Positions 1 to 10,300 of a stretch of DNA of 33,927 nt are shown here, one piece after another. How positions within the stretch are numbered: the stretch's first letter is position 1; each line of letters opens with the position of its first letter. The stretch is from Trueperaceae bacterium. Its GTDB lineage: Bacteria; Deinococcota; Deinococci; Deinococcales; Trueperaceae. Below the pieces are notes generated by a model, which was not told where the DNA came from, ran no database searches, and was given only the letters and a program-made list of their open reading frames with translations. The translations under genes and the position numbers were made by a program. Location: assembly GCA_035703635.1 (NCBI GenBank), contig DASSXV010000042.1, positions 1 through 33,927 of the forward strand. The letters are read 5' to 3'.

Positions 1-105
1 CACCATGCGTTTGGCCTTGTTCTGCCCGATGATGTGGCGGTCGAGTTCCGTGACTATCTCTACTGGCGTCAGGTCAGTCAGGCGCCTGGTCAGTTCGTCG
101 CTCAC
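1..105 (-). CDS. hslU: ATP-dependent protease ATPase subunit HslU, N-terminal part (runs off window start)
   Basis: Manual translation from GTG at 105: MSDELTRRLTDLTPVEIVTELDRHIIGQNKAKRMV, matching the HslU N-terminus (TPxEIVxELDRHIIGQxxAKR). Start overlaps the hslV stop (GTGA). Not in the ORF track. Confidence 0.93.
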   Translation of the reverse strand, partial: MSDELTRRLTDLTPVEIVTELDRHIIGQNKAKRMV

Positions 106-683
106 GCAGGTTCCTCGCTCTCGTCGGCGCCAGGCTCGTCATCTGGGCCGCCTACCGTAAGCACGGTGGCGTTTCCGCTCGTGTAGATGTCTATCTCGGC
201 TGCTATCCCGATGGCGGCGCGCGCGATCTCCTCCGCGCTGAGCTGTGTGTGCCGCAGGAGCGCCAAGGCTGCTGCTTGGGCATACGGCCCACCGGAGCCG
301 ACGGCGGCGACGGGGTCATCCGGTGCTATGACGTCACCCATGCCGGAGAGGGTGAGGATCTGGTCCGCATCTGCGACGATCAGCAGCGCCTCGAGGTTGC
401 GTAAGGCGCGGTCCGTGCGCCACTCCTTGACCGTCTCTACGGCCGCCCTAAGCAAGTTGCCGCGGTATTGGTCGAGGTAGCCCTCGTATTTCTCGATGAG
501 GGTGAAGGCGTCGCTGACCGTGCCTGCGAAACCGGCGAGGATGTCGCCGTCCGCTAGCGCCCTAACCTTCACGGCGCCACGTTTGACGATGGTCTCGCCC
601 AAGGTCACTTGCCCGTCGCCCGCGATGGCGGTGATGCCGTCCTTGTTGACTGCGACGATGGTTGTGCCGTGCATGCGCTCCAT
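102..683 (-). CDS. hslV: ATP-dependent protease peptidase subunit HslV
   Basis: MHG|TTIVAV...AGDGQVTLG...AGFAG...WRTDRALRNLEA...GSGGPYA...DIYT, an Ntn-hydrolase with N-terminal Thr. Start placed at ATG 683, 6 nt after TACGCT; ATG 674 is also possible. Confidence 0.95.
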   Translation of the reverse strand: MERMHGTTIVAVNKDGITAIAGDGQVTLGETIVKRGAVKVRALADGDILAGFAGTVSDAFTLIEKYEGYLDQYRGNLLRAAVETVKEWRTDRALRNLEALLIVADADQILTLSGMGDVIAPDDPVAAVGSGGPYAQAAALALLRHTQLSAEEIARAAIGIAAEIDIYTSGNATVLTVGGPDDEPGADESEEPA

Positions 684-689
684 CAGGGC

Positions 690-695
690 AGCGTA
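690..695 (-). promoter_or_regulatory. -10 element (TACGCT) of probable leaderless hslVU transcript
   Basis: TANNNT hexamer 6 nt upstream of ATG 683, no Shine-Dalgarno. Confidence 0.55.
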
Positions 696-771
696 GCACC
701 CGCGTTCGAGCGAACATGAGCCCATGCGTGACGGGCACCGGCCCCCGGCACCACACCTCGCCCTCGGGCGA

Positions 772-777
772 TACCAT
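772..777 (+). promoter_or_regulatory. -10 element (TACCAT) of probable leaderless tdk transcript
   Basis: TANNNT hexamer 6 nt upstream of ATG 784, no Shine-Dalgarno. Confidence 0.55.
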
Positions 778-783
778 AGGCCC

Positions 784-1413
784 ATGTTGTTGGGTCACGG
801 TTTCTCCGGGGGTTGGATTGAGGTCATCGCGGGTCCCATGTTCTCCGGTAAGAGCGAGGAGCTCATCCGGCGCGTTACGCGCGCGGTGATCGCCAAGCAG
901 AAGGTGCAGGTCTTCAAGCACGCCATAGATGATCGGTACGCCAAGTTGGCCGTTGCATCGCATGCCGGTCGGACGCTCGAGGCAGAGCTGGTGGCAAGCG
1001 CCGATGAGTTGCTTGCGCGCCTCAGCCTAGAGACGCAGGTGGTGGCCGTTGACGAGGCGCAGTTCCTCGACGCCGAAGTCGTGGCCGTAGTCGAACGGTT
1101 GGCTGACTCCGGCAGGCGCGTGATCGTGGCCGGCCTGGACATGGACTTCAGGGGCGAGCCGTTCGGCGCCATGCCACAACTCATCGCCCGGGCGGAGGTC
1201 GTCGAGAAGCTAACGGCCATCTGCCGTTGCGGGCAGGCGGCCACGCGCACGCAGCGCCTCATTCATGGCCGGCCAGCGCACTACGACGACCCAACCGTCT
1301 TGGTTGGCGCCGCCGAGAGTTACGAGCCGCGCTGCCGCTCATGCCACGTGGTGTTGAGGGGTCTACGCGAGGCGCCACTGTTCTTGGAGCAGGTGGCCGA
1401 GGTGCGTGGTTGA
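784..1413 (+). CDS. tdk: Thymidine kinase (type II)
   Basis: [12 protein letters not shown]-loop, [19 protein letters not shown], lasso/Zn motifs CxC and YEPRCRSC. Confidence 0.96.
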   Translation: MLLGHGFSGGWIEVIAGPMFSGKSEELIRRVTRAVIAKQKVQVFKHAIDDRYAKLAVASHAGRTLEAELVASADELLARLSLETQVVAVDEAQFLDAEVVAVVERLADSGRRVIVAGLDMDFRGEPFGAMPQLIARAEVVEKLTAICRCGQAATRTQRLIHGRPAHYDDPTVLVGAAESYEPRCRSCHVVLRGLREAPLFLEQVAEVRG

Positions 1414-4028
1414 CGGAAGCTGAGCAGCTGAGCGGCGTGCGGCCACTCGAGGCGCAGCTGTGGGGGGAAGTGCGCTTTTCACACGCAGGCGTGGCCGTCG
1501 AGCCGCCTTCTCACAAGGCCGCCGCCTTGCTTGCTTACCTCGTCGTTGCGCCAGCCGCCGTTCGGCGCGAGGAGCTCGCCGCCCTGTTGTGGAGCCCTGA
1601 TCGACTAGCGAACGTGCGTCAGGCGCTTTACACGCTGAGGTCGTTGCCTGGCGCGGATGAGTGGTTGGATGACGGCGTGAAACGCGTTAGCGTGCGCGCC
1701 GTTTCGGACGTCGGCCGATTGCGGGAGGCGGACGGGAACGACCTGGCCGCGCTCGTCGACGGGCTTGGCGGGACCGAACTGCTGGCAGGCTTCGGGGCGC
1801 GGCTCCCGAGCGAGTACCTCGAGTGGCTGACCCGTGAGCGTGCGAGCAGCGCCGACCTGGTGCGAAGTGCGTTAGCTGAACGCGCCGCCCAGCTCGAGGG
1901 TCAAGGGGAGGCGAAGCGGGCGCTCGAACTCACGGTGCGGGCTCAGGCTCTTGACCCGTACGACGAGGAGCTGCAGCGCTCCGCCATGCGCCTGGCCTAC
2001 GTCTCCGGCGCAGCTGACGTGGCGCTCGCGAGCTTCGCCGCGTTCACGGAGCGCCTGGCGGTCGACCTTGGTGCGGAGCCGAGCAGCGAGACGGCTGAGT
2101 TGGCGCGCCGCATCGAACGCCGTGAACCGCTCGGCCTGCGGGCGGCGCTGGCGGCCCTCAGCGACCTTGACCGCCGCACCTTGCAGGCATTGGCCCTGGC
2201 GCGCGGCGCGTTACGCGTGGACGGCCTCGCTAGCGTGCTGGAGCGGCCAGCATTCGAGTTGGTCGCCGACCTCGCCCGCTTGGCGGAGCGCGGGCTAATA
2301 GATGAGCACCTAGGGCTGAGTCCTGAGCAGCGCGCTGCCATCCTCCCTGGGCTCCCTGCGCCACTGAGGCGCCTCCTTAGCGAACGCATCGTGGCGGTGC
2401 TACGCAACGACGTAACCGCCGACCAGGGCGCATTAGCGCGCCACCTCCTGGCTGCTGGTGAGCGAGCAGAGGCAGCGAGCCGTGCGCTTGCAGGCGCTAG
2501 GGCAGAAGTGGAGCGTTCGCACGTCGAGGCCGCGGACGAACTCGCGTACCTCACGCTGTGGGCGGCGCCCTCAGAACCGACGCTGCGGCTCGAGGCCGTC
2601 CTGTTGCTCGAGCGCAACGCGGCCAGCCGCATGAACCTCGATGCTCAAGCTGACTTCCTCGATGAGGCAGAGCGGCTGGCGTGGGAGTTGCAGAGCGACG
2701 CCGCGCTCGCCGAGTGCAACGTCAGGCGCACCCGCTTCCTGCTCGCCCGCGGCCGCGTCGGCGAGGCGCTCGAGGAGGCACTCAAGGCGTTGGAGACGGC
2801 GCTGCGTATCACGGATGACAGCCTGGTCGCGCGCGCAAGGAACGCGGTCGGGGCGGCACACTTCTACGCAGGCGACCTTGACGGCGCGGCCGCCTCCTTC
2901 GCAGCCAGCCTTGCTGGCGCTGACGACGTCGAGCGCTACCGTGCGCACAACAACCTCGGCAGCATCAACGCCATGCGCGGGAGGCTAGACGAGTCGTACC
3001 ACCACTTCGACGAGGCCCTGACGCTGGCAAGGCGCCACTCGCAACACCTCGACGTAAGCGCGACCCTCAACAATCTCGCCGCCAGCGCCGAGCGCTTCGG
3101 CGATTACGCGCGGGCGGAGCGCCACTTCAAGGAGGGCATCACCGTCGCGCGGCGCGCCAATGCGCTTAGGCGCGAGGCGGAGATGCTCATCAACCTGGCC
3201 GTCGTCTACGGCCGCCAAGGTCAGCTTGGGCCCGCGTGGAACACCACGGCGGAGGTTGAGGTCCTGGCGCACGAGCTGGCCGATCGGCGCCTGAGCATGC
3301 GCGTGTCCGAGCAACGCAGCGAGATCAAGCGCCTCTGCGGCGACCTGCCCGGCGCGGTCGACGCCCTGAACGCCGCACTAGACCTCGCGACCTCGTTGGG
3401 TGACGAACGCAAGCGCCTCGCGCTCAGGGCGCAACTATTGGCGGCCGAGGCGCGCCTCGACCCGCGTGTGGTCCCACGACTTGAGCTGGCGATCCTAGAT
3501 CTGGAAGCCGCCCGACTCACCGACGTGGCGCCGTGGCTGAGGCTCGAGCTGGCGCTGTGCACCAGCGATGTCGCGGTCGCGCAGGCGCAACTGGCCGTGG
3601 TCGACGAGGGGCAGCTCAAGAGCGCGCACCAGCGCCTAGTGCGCGAGGTCGTCTGCATGCGCCTCGCACTGCTCCTTGGGGCCGATGCAGCCGTCAAGCG
3701 CGCGGGGTTAGAGGCGCGCGAACGACTCGCGCACGCTGGCCTCATTCGCGCCAGCCACGCTCACACCACCGGAGCGCCCCAAGTTGAGCGTGCCGAGGTG
3801 ATGATCGTCGAAGGCCCGAAGGCCCGCTATCTCGCTTGGCTACTCGAGCCGGACGCCCCACCGAGCTGGCCGCCCCCGCCTCCGCCGCCAGCCGTAGTGG
3901 CTGAGCTGCGGGAACAGGGAGCCGGCCTCCCTCGCGCCATGGCAGCCTCGCTGCTCGAACTACCTGCCGCCTGGCTGGACCCTCAGGGATGGCTCGGGCA
4001 TGGGTCCGGCTCTTTGACACCTCGTTGA
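1410..4028 (+). CDS. SARP/BTAD-type transcriptional regulator with C-terminal TPR array
   Basis: N-terminal wHTH-like segment ([29 protein letters not shown]), BTAD motifs ([31 protein letters not shown]), TPR repeats (NNLGSIN, NNLAAS, INLAVVY). TTG start at 1410 overlaps the tdk stop; exact start uncertain. Confidence 0.85.
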   Translation: MTEAEQLSGVRPLEAQLWGEVRFSHAGVAVEPPSHKAAALLAYLVVAPAAVRREELAALLWSPDRLANVRQALYTLRSLPGADEWLDDGVKRVSVRAVSDVGRLREADGNDLAALVDGLGGTELLAGFGARLPSEYLEWLTRERASSADLVRSALAERAAQLEGQGEAKRALELTVRAQALDPYDEELQRSAMRLAYVSGAADVALASFAAFTERLAVDLGAEPSSETAELARRIERREPLGLRAALAALSDLDRRTLQALALARGALRVDGLASVLERPAFELVADLARLAERGLIDEHLGLSPEQRAAILPGLPAPLRRLLSERIVAVLRNDVTADQGALARHLLAAGERAEAASRALAGARAEVERSHVEAADELAYLTLWAAPSEPTLRLEAVLLLERNAASRMNLDAQADFLDEAERLAWELQSDAALAECNVRRTRFLLARGRVGEALEEALKALETALRITDDSLVARARNAVGAAHFYAGDLDGAAASFAASLAGADDVERYRAHNNLGSINAMRGRLDESYHHFDEALTLARRHSQHLDVSATLNNLAASAERFGDYARAERHFKEGITVARRANALRREAEMLINLAVVYGRQGQLGPAWNTTAEVEVLAHELADRRLSMRVSEQRSEIKRLCGDLPGAVDALNAALDLATSLGDERKRLALRAQLLAAEARLDPRVVPRLELAILDLEAARLTDVAPWLRLELALCTSDVAVAQAQLAVVDEGQLKSAHQRLVREVVCMRLALLLGADAAVKRAGLEARERLAHAGLIRASHAHTTGAPQVERAEVMIVEGPKARYLAWLLEPDAPPSWPPPPPPPAVVAELREQGAGLPRAMAASLLELPAAWLDPQGWLGHGSGSLTPR

Positions 4029-4046
4029 CACCAGACCAACTAGTCT
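4014..4046 (+). promoter_or_regulatory. Direct-repeat promoter copy 1: TTGACA-N5-TTGACA-N10-TAGTCT
   Basis: TTGACACC at 4014 and 4025 (11-bp period), then TAGTCT at 4041-4046, upstream of the 4145-12847 gene block. Confidence 0.65.
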
Positions 4047-4144
4047 TCTCACAACCGCAATGGGGGCCCAGCCGCAACGCGGCCGGGCCGCGCAGTGAGT
4101 AGGGGCGGCAATGCCACCGGCAGTAGCGAGGCGAGAGGTGCAGC

Positions 4145-4342
4145 GTGACCGACAGCAGTCATAGGTTCTTACTCAAGGTCTGGCGTGAACCGGGAGCGCA
4201 GCCGAACTGGCACGCGACCCTGCGCGACGTCAGCGATGGTTCGGTCCACGAGTTCAGAGCGACAGAGGCCCTACTCGATTACTTGGTGACCCTAGACGAC
4301 GTCGGGGCCACGGACGAGCACATCGAAGAGGAGAGGCGATGA
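4145..4342 (+). CDS. Small hypothetical protein (FLLKVWRE...WHATL...F...EALLDYL)
   Basis: 65 aa, GAGAGG SD before GTG, stop overlaps the next ATG (ATGA). Resembles small proteins I recall next to BTAD regulators. Confidence 0.7.
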   Translation: MTDSSHRFLLKVWREPGAQPNWHATLRDVSDGSVHEFRATEALLDYLVTLDDVGATDEHIEEERR

Positions 4343-4959
4343 AGAAGAAGTTCGCGTTCGGATGCTTGATCGTTGCCATAGCCGTCCTCGTGGTGGGCGG
4401 CGGCGCCGCCTACGTCTACGTCATCAGGCCGTTGACCAACACCGTCAAGGCCGGCATGGAGCTCCCTAAGCTCGCCGAACTCGACCGCCAGGTGAGCAAC
4501 AAGCGCGCCTTCTCCGCCCCAGAAGGGGGCTTGCTGCAGGCAAGCGACGTTGAGCGTTACCTGCGGGTGACAGGCAGCGTCATGACCGGCCTCGAGGGCA
4601 AGGCGAGCGAGTTGGAGAAGAAGTACGCCCAACTCAAGGACGGCAACCCAGGTATCCGCCAGGTCATCAACGCCTACGCAGACATCATCCAACTAGTCGT
4701 GGCGGCCAAGGAGATGCAAGTGAAGGCCCTCAACGACGCGAACTTCTCTCTCGATGAGTACGCCTGGGTGCGCGGCGCAGTCCTGCAGGCCACTGGCCAC
4801 ACGCCCGCGCTCGTCAACCTCTCGGCGCTAGCGGCTGGCGAGGTGGAGGAGAGCACGGCGGCCAGCACTACCGGCGTGCCCGAAGCGAACGTGACCTTGG
4901 TAGCGCCTTACGCTGAGCGCGTCGGCGAGTACCTGCCGCTAGCGCTGTTCGGGCTATGA
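4339..4959 (+). CDS. Membrane-anchored hypothetical protein
   Basis: GAGAGG SD; basic N-terminus followed by one hydrophobic helix (FGCLIVAIAVLVVGGGAAYVYVI), helical remainder; overlaps both neighbours by 4 nt. Confidence 0.8.
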   Translation: MKKKFAFGCLIVAIAVLVVGGGAAYVYVIRPLTNTVKAGMELPKLAELDRQVSNKRAFSAPEGGLLQASDVERYLRVTGSVMTGLEGKASELEKKYAQLKDGNPGIRQVINAYADIIQLVVAAKEMQVKALNDANFSLDEYAWVRGAVLQATGHTPALVNLSALAAGEVEESTAASTTGVPEANVTLVAPYAERVGEYLPLALFGL

Positions 4960-7352
4960 GGCGCAGCTCAGGCCTGCGCTCCGTCCTCGTGGCGGGCGCC
5001 AGGCACCTGCTCACGTGCGTGCTTGCCATCGCCATTTCACTACCGCTGGCACCGAGTGCCGTGGCGCAGGGAGCACTGACCAGCGAGGCGGCCAAAGAAC
5101 TCGCGCGCCAGCGGAACATGCTCGAGGTGGCGTTAGCTGGCGTCGACCGCAGCAGGCTCGACCTAGACGACCAGCGCCTGGACGCCGCGTTCATGGACGC
5201 ACAGGAACTCGAGGAGCTGCTGGCCACCGATTACCGCTTCGAGCTCTACCGCGGCCTCCTGCGGGGCGCAGAAGCCACGTTCATCTCTCGCGCAGGCAAC
5301 GCGCTCGACCTCTCCTTCTTGTTGGCGACGCTCCTTGAGGACGCCGGTTACGACGCCCGCATCGCCCTCGGTTCCCTGACGGAGGCAGATGGCGAGCGGT
5401 TGTTGGAGCGCGTGCTCGAGCCTGTCGTAGTCCGTGACGGTTCGTCCCCCGACCAGGTCAGCGCACTAGCGCGGGCTGCCGACGTGAGCTTGGACGAGTT
5501 GGAGAAGTACGGTCGCGCACTGGCTGCAGTGGAACTCGAGGAGACGGCACCTTACCTCGAGGCAGAAGCGGCCAGCGCCGCGCTGCTGGACGCGTTGGCT
5601 GCGGCCGGCGTTGCCCTCGTCGCGGACGATCACGCCGCGCTCCTCGCAGAAGCCATGGAGTATGCCTGGGTGGAGTACCGCTTGGGAGACGCGGCCTGGG
5701 AAGCCGTTCACCCGGCGTTCGGCGCCCTGCCAGCGCCGGACGTCGTGGCAGACGACCACATCGAGTCAGCCGTACCAGAGGGGCTCCAGCACCGCCTGCG
5801 GGTGGAGGTTGGCATCGAACGCAAGCGCGGGAACGAGTTCTTCGAGGAGCAGATCATGACGCCGTGGGAGCGGCCCGTCGCGAACATGTTCGGCATCAAC
5901 CTCGCGGTGACCAACTCGCCACTCGATCAGCCGGCGGACGCCACGCTCGAGGACCTGGGCACGACCTTGAGGGAAACCGCCTTCTTCGTCCCGCTCCTCA
6001 ACGGAGTGCTCGCGCCAGGGGCGCTAGCCTTCGACACCATGGGCAACCTGCTCTCGCCTGCGGACGCGGCCAGCGCAATGGCTGGCGTGTTCCAGACGGC
6101 AGCGAGCAAGATGGGCCAGGCGACCGGACTCCTTGGCGCCCTCGGCACCGACGCCCCGGCAGACATGGAGCCGTTCGCGTTGACTGCCCAGTTCGTCGAC
6201 GTCATACACGTGGCGCCGGGTGGTGCCGAGAACCGGCAACGCCGCTACGTCTTCGACCGCCGTGGAGGCGCAGCGCGCGTGCAAGGCGGTGCGGAGTTGC
6301 TCGACGAGAGCGTATTGCTGAACGGCATACTGAGCAGCATGGAGTTCATGGTGACGGGGGCGTCGTTGCCGACCGAGTACCTCGTTGACGACTCGGTGCA
6401 GCAGGGCCTGCGCTACTTGGACGCCATCGAGAGGCTGGCACGGAACCCGGACCTCGGTCTGATCGACGGCGTCGGCGGCCTGCAAGGCCGCGACCAGCTC
6501 TTGCTGATGGCGCTCTTCGAGGGGGTCGCGCCCGTAGCGGGCGGCGCCGGTTACCGCGCGGCGCCGACGGTCGTCTCGATCAGGCAGGCGCTATCGATCG
6601 GCGAGTCGGTTGGCGGCGAGTTGGGCGTCGACATCTTGCATAGCAGCCGGCGTTTCCTCACGACGGGCCCGTCAGGGGTCGTCAGCGACGCTAACCGCGC
6701 CGTTCTGGCTGGCGCGTGGGACACGATGGTCGAGCGCCTGTACGTCGAGCGTTTCGCTCAAGGGGTCGACAGCGCCTTCTCTAGCTTCGCGGACGGCTCG
6801 GGGCCGCTGACGGTGCTGACCGATGTGGCTGAACTACGAGGGTCTGGTGCTCCGGATGCGGCATTGCCAGCCTTGCAACGCGACCTCGCCGCAGGCAACG
6901 TGGTCGTGTACGCTAGCGACCACGCTGCTAGCGGCACGGCCTTCAGTTGGTGGCGCGTCGATCCCGCTACGGGGACAACGCTCGGGATAGGTAGCCGCGG
7001 CCACGGGAACGCTGCGGTCGAGTACCTCGTCCCTTGGCAGATCAGCCTTACCGTCGCAGGGGTCCTGGCCGTTCCAGGTGCGATGATCTGTGCTAGCCAA
7101 AGCGGCGACGCCCTGATCATCTGTCTGTGCGACATGGTTACTGGGGTGGTCATCTTCGGGAGCATCGGCATCGGCCTAGGCGCGGCGCTGGCTGGTGCCT
7201 CCGCCGCCGTGCAAGTTGGCGTGTCGGTCGGGATGTTCATAGGTTCGGACATCGGCCTAGGCTCCGCGATGCTCACGCCCCTTGGCGGCCCGTGCACGTG
7301 GGCGGACCGACTGATGAGCTTCCAGCCACGGACTACGTGCATTCTAGGGTGA
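4956..7352 (+). CDS. Secreted transglutaminase-fold protein (catalytic triad apparently lost) with hydrophobic C-terminal tail
   Basis: Sec-type signal (...LPLAPSAVA|QG); YRGLLRGAEATF..GNALDLSFLLATLLEDAGYDAR, YAWVEY and WEAVHP resemble the TGase-like core; Gly/Ala-rich hydrophobic last ~110 aa. Confidence 0.7.
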   Translation: MRRSSGLRSVLVAGARHLLTCVLAIAISLPLAPSAVAQGALTSEAAKELARQRNMLEVALAGVDRSRLDLDDQRLDAAFMDAQELEELLATDYRFELYRGLLRGAEATFISRAGNALDLSFLLATLLEDAGYDARIALGSLTEADGERLLERVLEPVVVRDGSSPDQVSALARAADVSLDELEKYGRALAAVELEETAPYLEAEAASAALLDALAAAGVALVADDHAALLAEAMEYAWVEYRLGDAAWEAVHPAFGALPAPDVVADDHIESAVPEGLQHRLRVEVGIERKRGNEFFEEQIMTPWERPVANMFGINLAVTNSPLDQPADATLEDLGTTLRETAFFVPLLNGVLAPGALAFDTMGNLLSPADAASAMAGVFQTAASKMGQATGLLGALGTDAPADMEPFALTAQFVDVIHVAPGGAENRQRRYVFDRRGGAARVQGGAELLDESVLLNGILSSMEFMVTGASLPTEYLVDDSVQQGLRYLDAIERLARNPDLGLIDGVGGLQGRDQLLLMALFEGVAPVAGGAGYRAAPTVVSIRQALSIGESVGGELGVDILHSSRRFLTTGPSGVVSDANRAVLAGAWDTMVERLYVERFAQGVDSAFSSFADGSGPLTVLTDVAELRGSGAPDAALPALQRDLAAGNVVVYASDHAASGTAFSWWRVDPATGTTLGIGSRGHGNAAVEYLVPWQISLTVAGVLAVPGAMICASQSGDALIICLCDMVTGVVIFGSIGIGLGAALAGASAAVQVGVSVGMFIGSDIGLGSAMLTPLGGPCTWADRLMSFQPRTTCILG

Positions 7353-7399
7353 GTCGCAGCAGTATCGGCGCCGTCAGCTAGCGGCGCGAGGAGGAGTAG

Positions 7400-10300
7400 A
7401 TGAGCGTCAGTCGACCGGCTCGTATAGAGCGCTCGCCCTGGGGGCGAACCTCGCGCAAGCGCATGGCCATGCTTGGGGTGCTCTTCAGCCTGTGCGCCGC
7501 GATCACGGGCAGCGCGCTGGCGCAGCAGTGCACGTATGAATCGGAGCCGAACGACACGCCGGCCACCGCGACGAGGTTGACGGGCGCAGGGCCGAACATG
7601 ATCGCGCCAGCTAGTTACAACGAGGTTGGCGCACTCTGCCTCACAGGCACGGTAGGTAGTAGCGACCAAGACGCGTTCAGGTGGGACGTAACCGCTGAGG
7701 ACGCTAGGCACCGCTGGACGCTCGCCGTTGAGGGGCCGCGCAACAGCGTTACTACGGTCGAGCTGTTCAGGGTGACTTTCGCAGATAACGGCGTGGACGT
7801 CACGCAGGTCGAGAAGTACCCTAGCGTGACCACGCAGAACGGCAGCGCGGCCAAGTCGCGCGAGTTCCTCATCCAGCCGGGCAGCTACTACCTCGGCGTG
7901 GCGACGAGCGGGTCTGCCGGGGAGTTCGTCGCCAACCTAGCGCCGGTAACTACGTTGCGCTACGGCGCAGACGATGCCCGCTACGACGAGGGGGGCCCCC
8001 GGAAGTACGTGGGGGCGTTCGGGTGGTTCGGGCCGGTGGTCGAAGAGTTGGCGGTTAGCGTCAGCATCGACGAGGAGGCCGCAAGGCGCGTGTGGGGCCT
8101 TGAACTGTGGGCAGCGTACGGCTCCACACCGAAGCTGGAACTGGAAGGCCCAGCTGGCGTTGTCAGTCAGGGTGCTGTAGACGCTAGCGGCCGCGTGCGC
8201 TTCACCGGCCTCGGGTTGCCGGTAGGCGATTACACGGTCAAGGTGGTTGGTGACAGCGGCATGGTGCGCTTGCGCCTTGAGTCGCAAGGAGTGCGCGGCG
8301 ACGGGATCGCTGTAGAGCCGAACGACGACTGGGCGCGGGCGACCGTCTTCCCTCTCGGCAGTGAGATGCGCGCCACCTTACAGAACCGCGATTACTACCG
8401 CACCGAAGTGACAGCGGCCGACGCTGGCTACTACGACCTGACCTTCGAGTCGGCTGCTGACCTCACCTACTCGCTTAATGACGACGCCGGTGGAGCGCTC
8501 ATGTACTCGCGCCCAGGCGTGACCCACGCCAGCCTGTACTTGCGCGCAGGCAGCTATCAGCTGCTGGTAGAGGGGACTAACGGCGTCAGCTACAACATGG
8601 CGCTACGGCCAGGCACCGCCTTAGCGGGTGGAGACGTGGAGCCGAACGATTACCCCAGGTCAGCCAGCCCGCTGCCGGAGAACGGTCAGGTCCGCGGCAG
8701 GTTCGTTGGCCCGGAAGCGGACGTTTACTCCGTTCAGGTGGTAGGCGCGGCGCAGCGCTACCGCATTCAGTTGGTTGGCGCCAACATCTCGAGCCTGACC
8801 GAGTTGGCCGTGTCGGGAGGGAGGCTGGCGCAGGCACGCGGTTCAGGGCGGCTGCGCCTCGACGACCTCGTGCTCATGCCTGGCCTGCACTACTTCGAGG
8901 TGCGCGGCAGTGCTGGCGAGTACGCCCTCAGGGCCATCTCGTTGGGTGACGCAGAAGTCGGCGCAGTCGTGGCGGCGCCAGCCAGCGACGCAGTCCTCAC
9001 GCCAGCTGCGGCAGGCACGCCGGATGACGGGGCGGCGGCGGCGGTGGAGGCGCTTGAGGCCGCCGTGCTCGAGCCCGGCCCACCCCCGCCTGCAGGCACA
9101 CTAGAGTTGGAGCCGAACGATGACCCCAGTCGGGCGATGCGTGTCGTACCTGGTCACGTTTACGTAGGTCGCCTGACGGGCGACAGCGACGACTACTACC
9201 GTTTCTTCCTGGCCGATGACCAGTACGTGATCATCGAGGTCGTAGCGCCTAGCGGCAGCCCGCCCATCGACGTGAACCTGGCGGGTAGCGGCTGGGCGGA
9301 GTTCCCGCCCGACGCGGGGGAGGCCACCACCCGCATCGAACGCCTCTTCCTCGCTGGTGATCACACCTTCTACCTCAACGCACCGAAGCTCGAGACAGAC
9401 GGCTACTACCAGCTGAGGATGACCTTGGCTGGCAGCCTCATGCCGCCAGTAGACGCAGAGCCGAACGATAGCCGCGCCACGGCAGCTACGCTGCCAGCCG
9501 AGCTGCGCTGGCAGGGCAACGTCGGTGAGTACAGCGACGACGACTACTACCGCCTACCAGTCTTCGAGCAAGCGACGGCCATCGAGGTGACGTTGAGCGG
9601 GGCCAGCAGCCGGCTGCGGGTCGAACTGCGCACTGAGGCGGCCAACATCGCCCTCGCCGAATCCGGCGACGCCCAGAGCGGCACCCCGTGGCGCGGCACG
9701 CTGCCCGCCGGAGAGCAGGTCTTCCTGCGCTTATCCGGCAAGTCGCCCTACAGCGCCGAGGTGAGTTTCGGCGCGACACCGGACCCGGCCCAGTTGTTGC
9801 CGCCCCGGGACTCTAGCTCGCTGGCGTTAACGCTCACTTCCCCGACAGACGCCCTAGCCGCCTTCTGGCACGAGGGTCAGGCACTGACCATGACGGCGCA
9901 CATCGAGAACCGCAGTAGTGAACCGCAGCAGCTGCAGCTGGAGGCAGCGAGTAGCCACGCCAGCGTGCGGTTCGATTTCGAGCCGCAACTGACGCTGGCT
10001 GCGGGCGAGAGCCGCGCTGTCCCGGTCGAGGTACTCGTGCCAAGCGACATGCGTGACGACCTGCCCCTACGCGTCGAAGTCGTCGCGGCTACTGCTAGCG
10101 GCGCCAACGTGGCGGCGGTCGAGGCGACGTTCGCCTGCGAAGCGGCGCCAGCCTCAGCGTTCGCCTACTGGCCCCTGCCCCCCAGCCTGCTCGGCAAGTT
10201 CGACGTGCTAGGCACTGGCTTCGGTGCCGCGATTCACGGTGAGTCGAGCTACGTGCGGCGCGACCTAGCGCTCATCGACGGGCGCGTGGGCCCGGCTTCC

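Noticed and set aside
3855-3895. Poly-proline run at the regulator C-terminus
   Set aside because: Mixed codons with no DNA-level repeat; most likely a simple linker.
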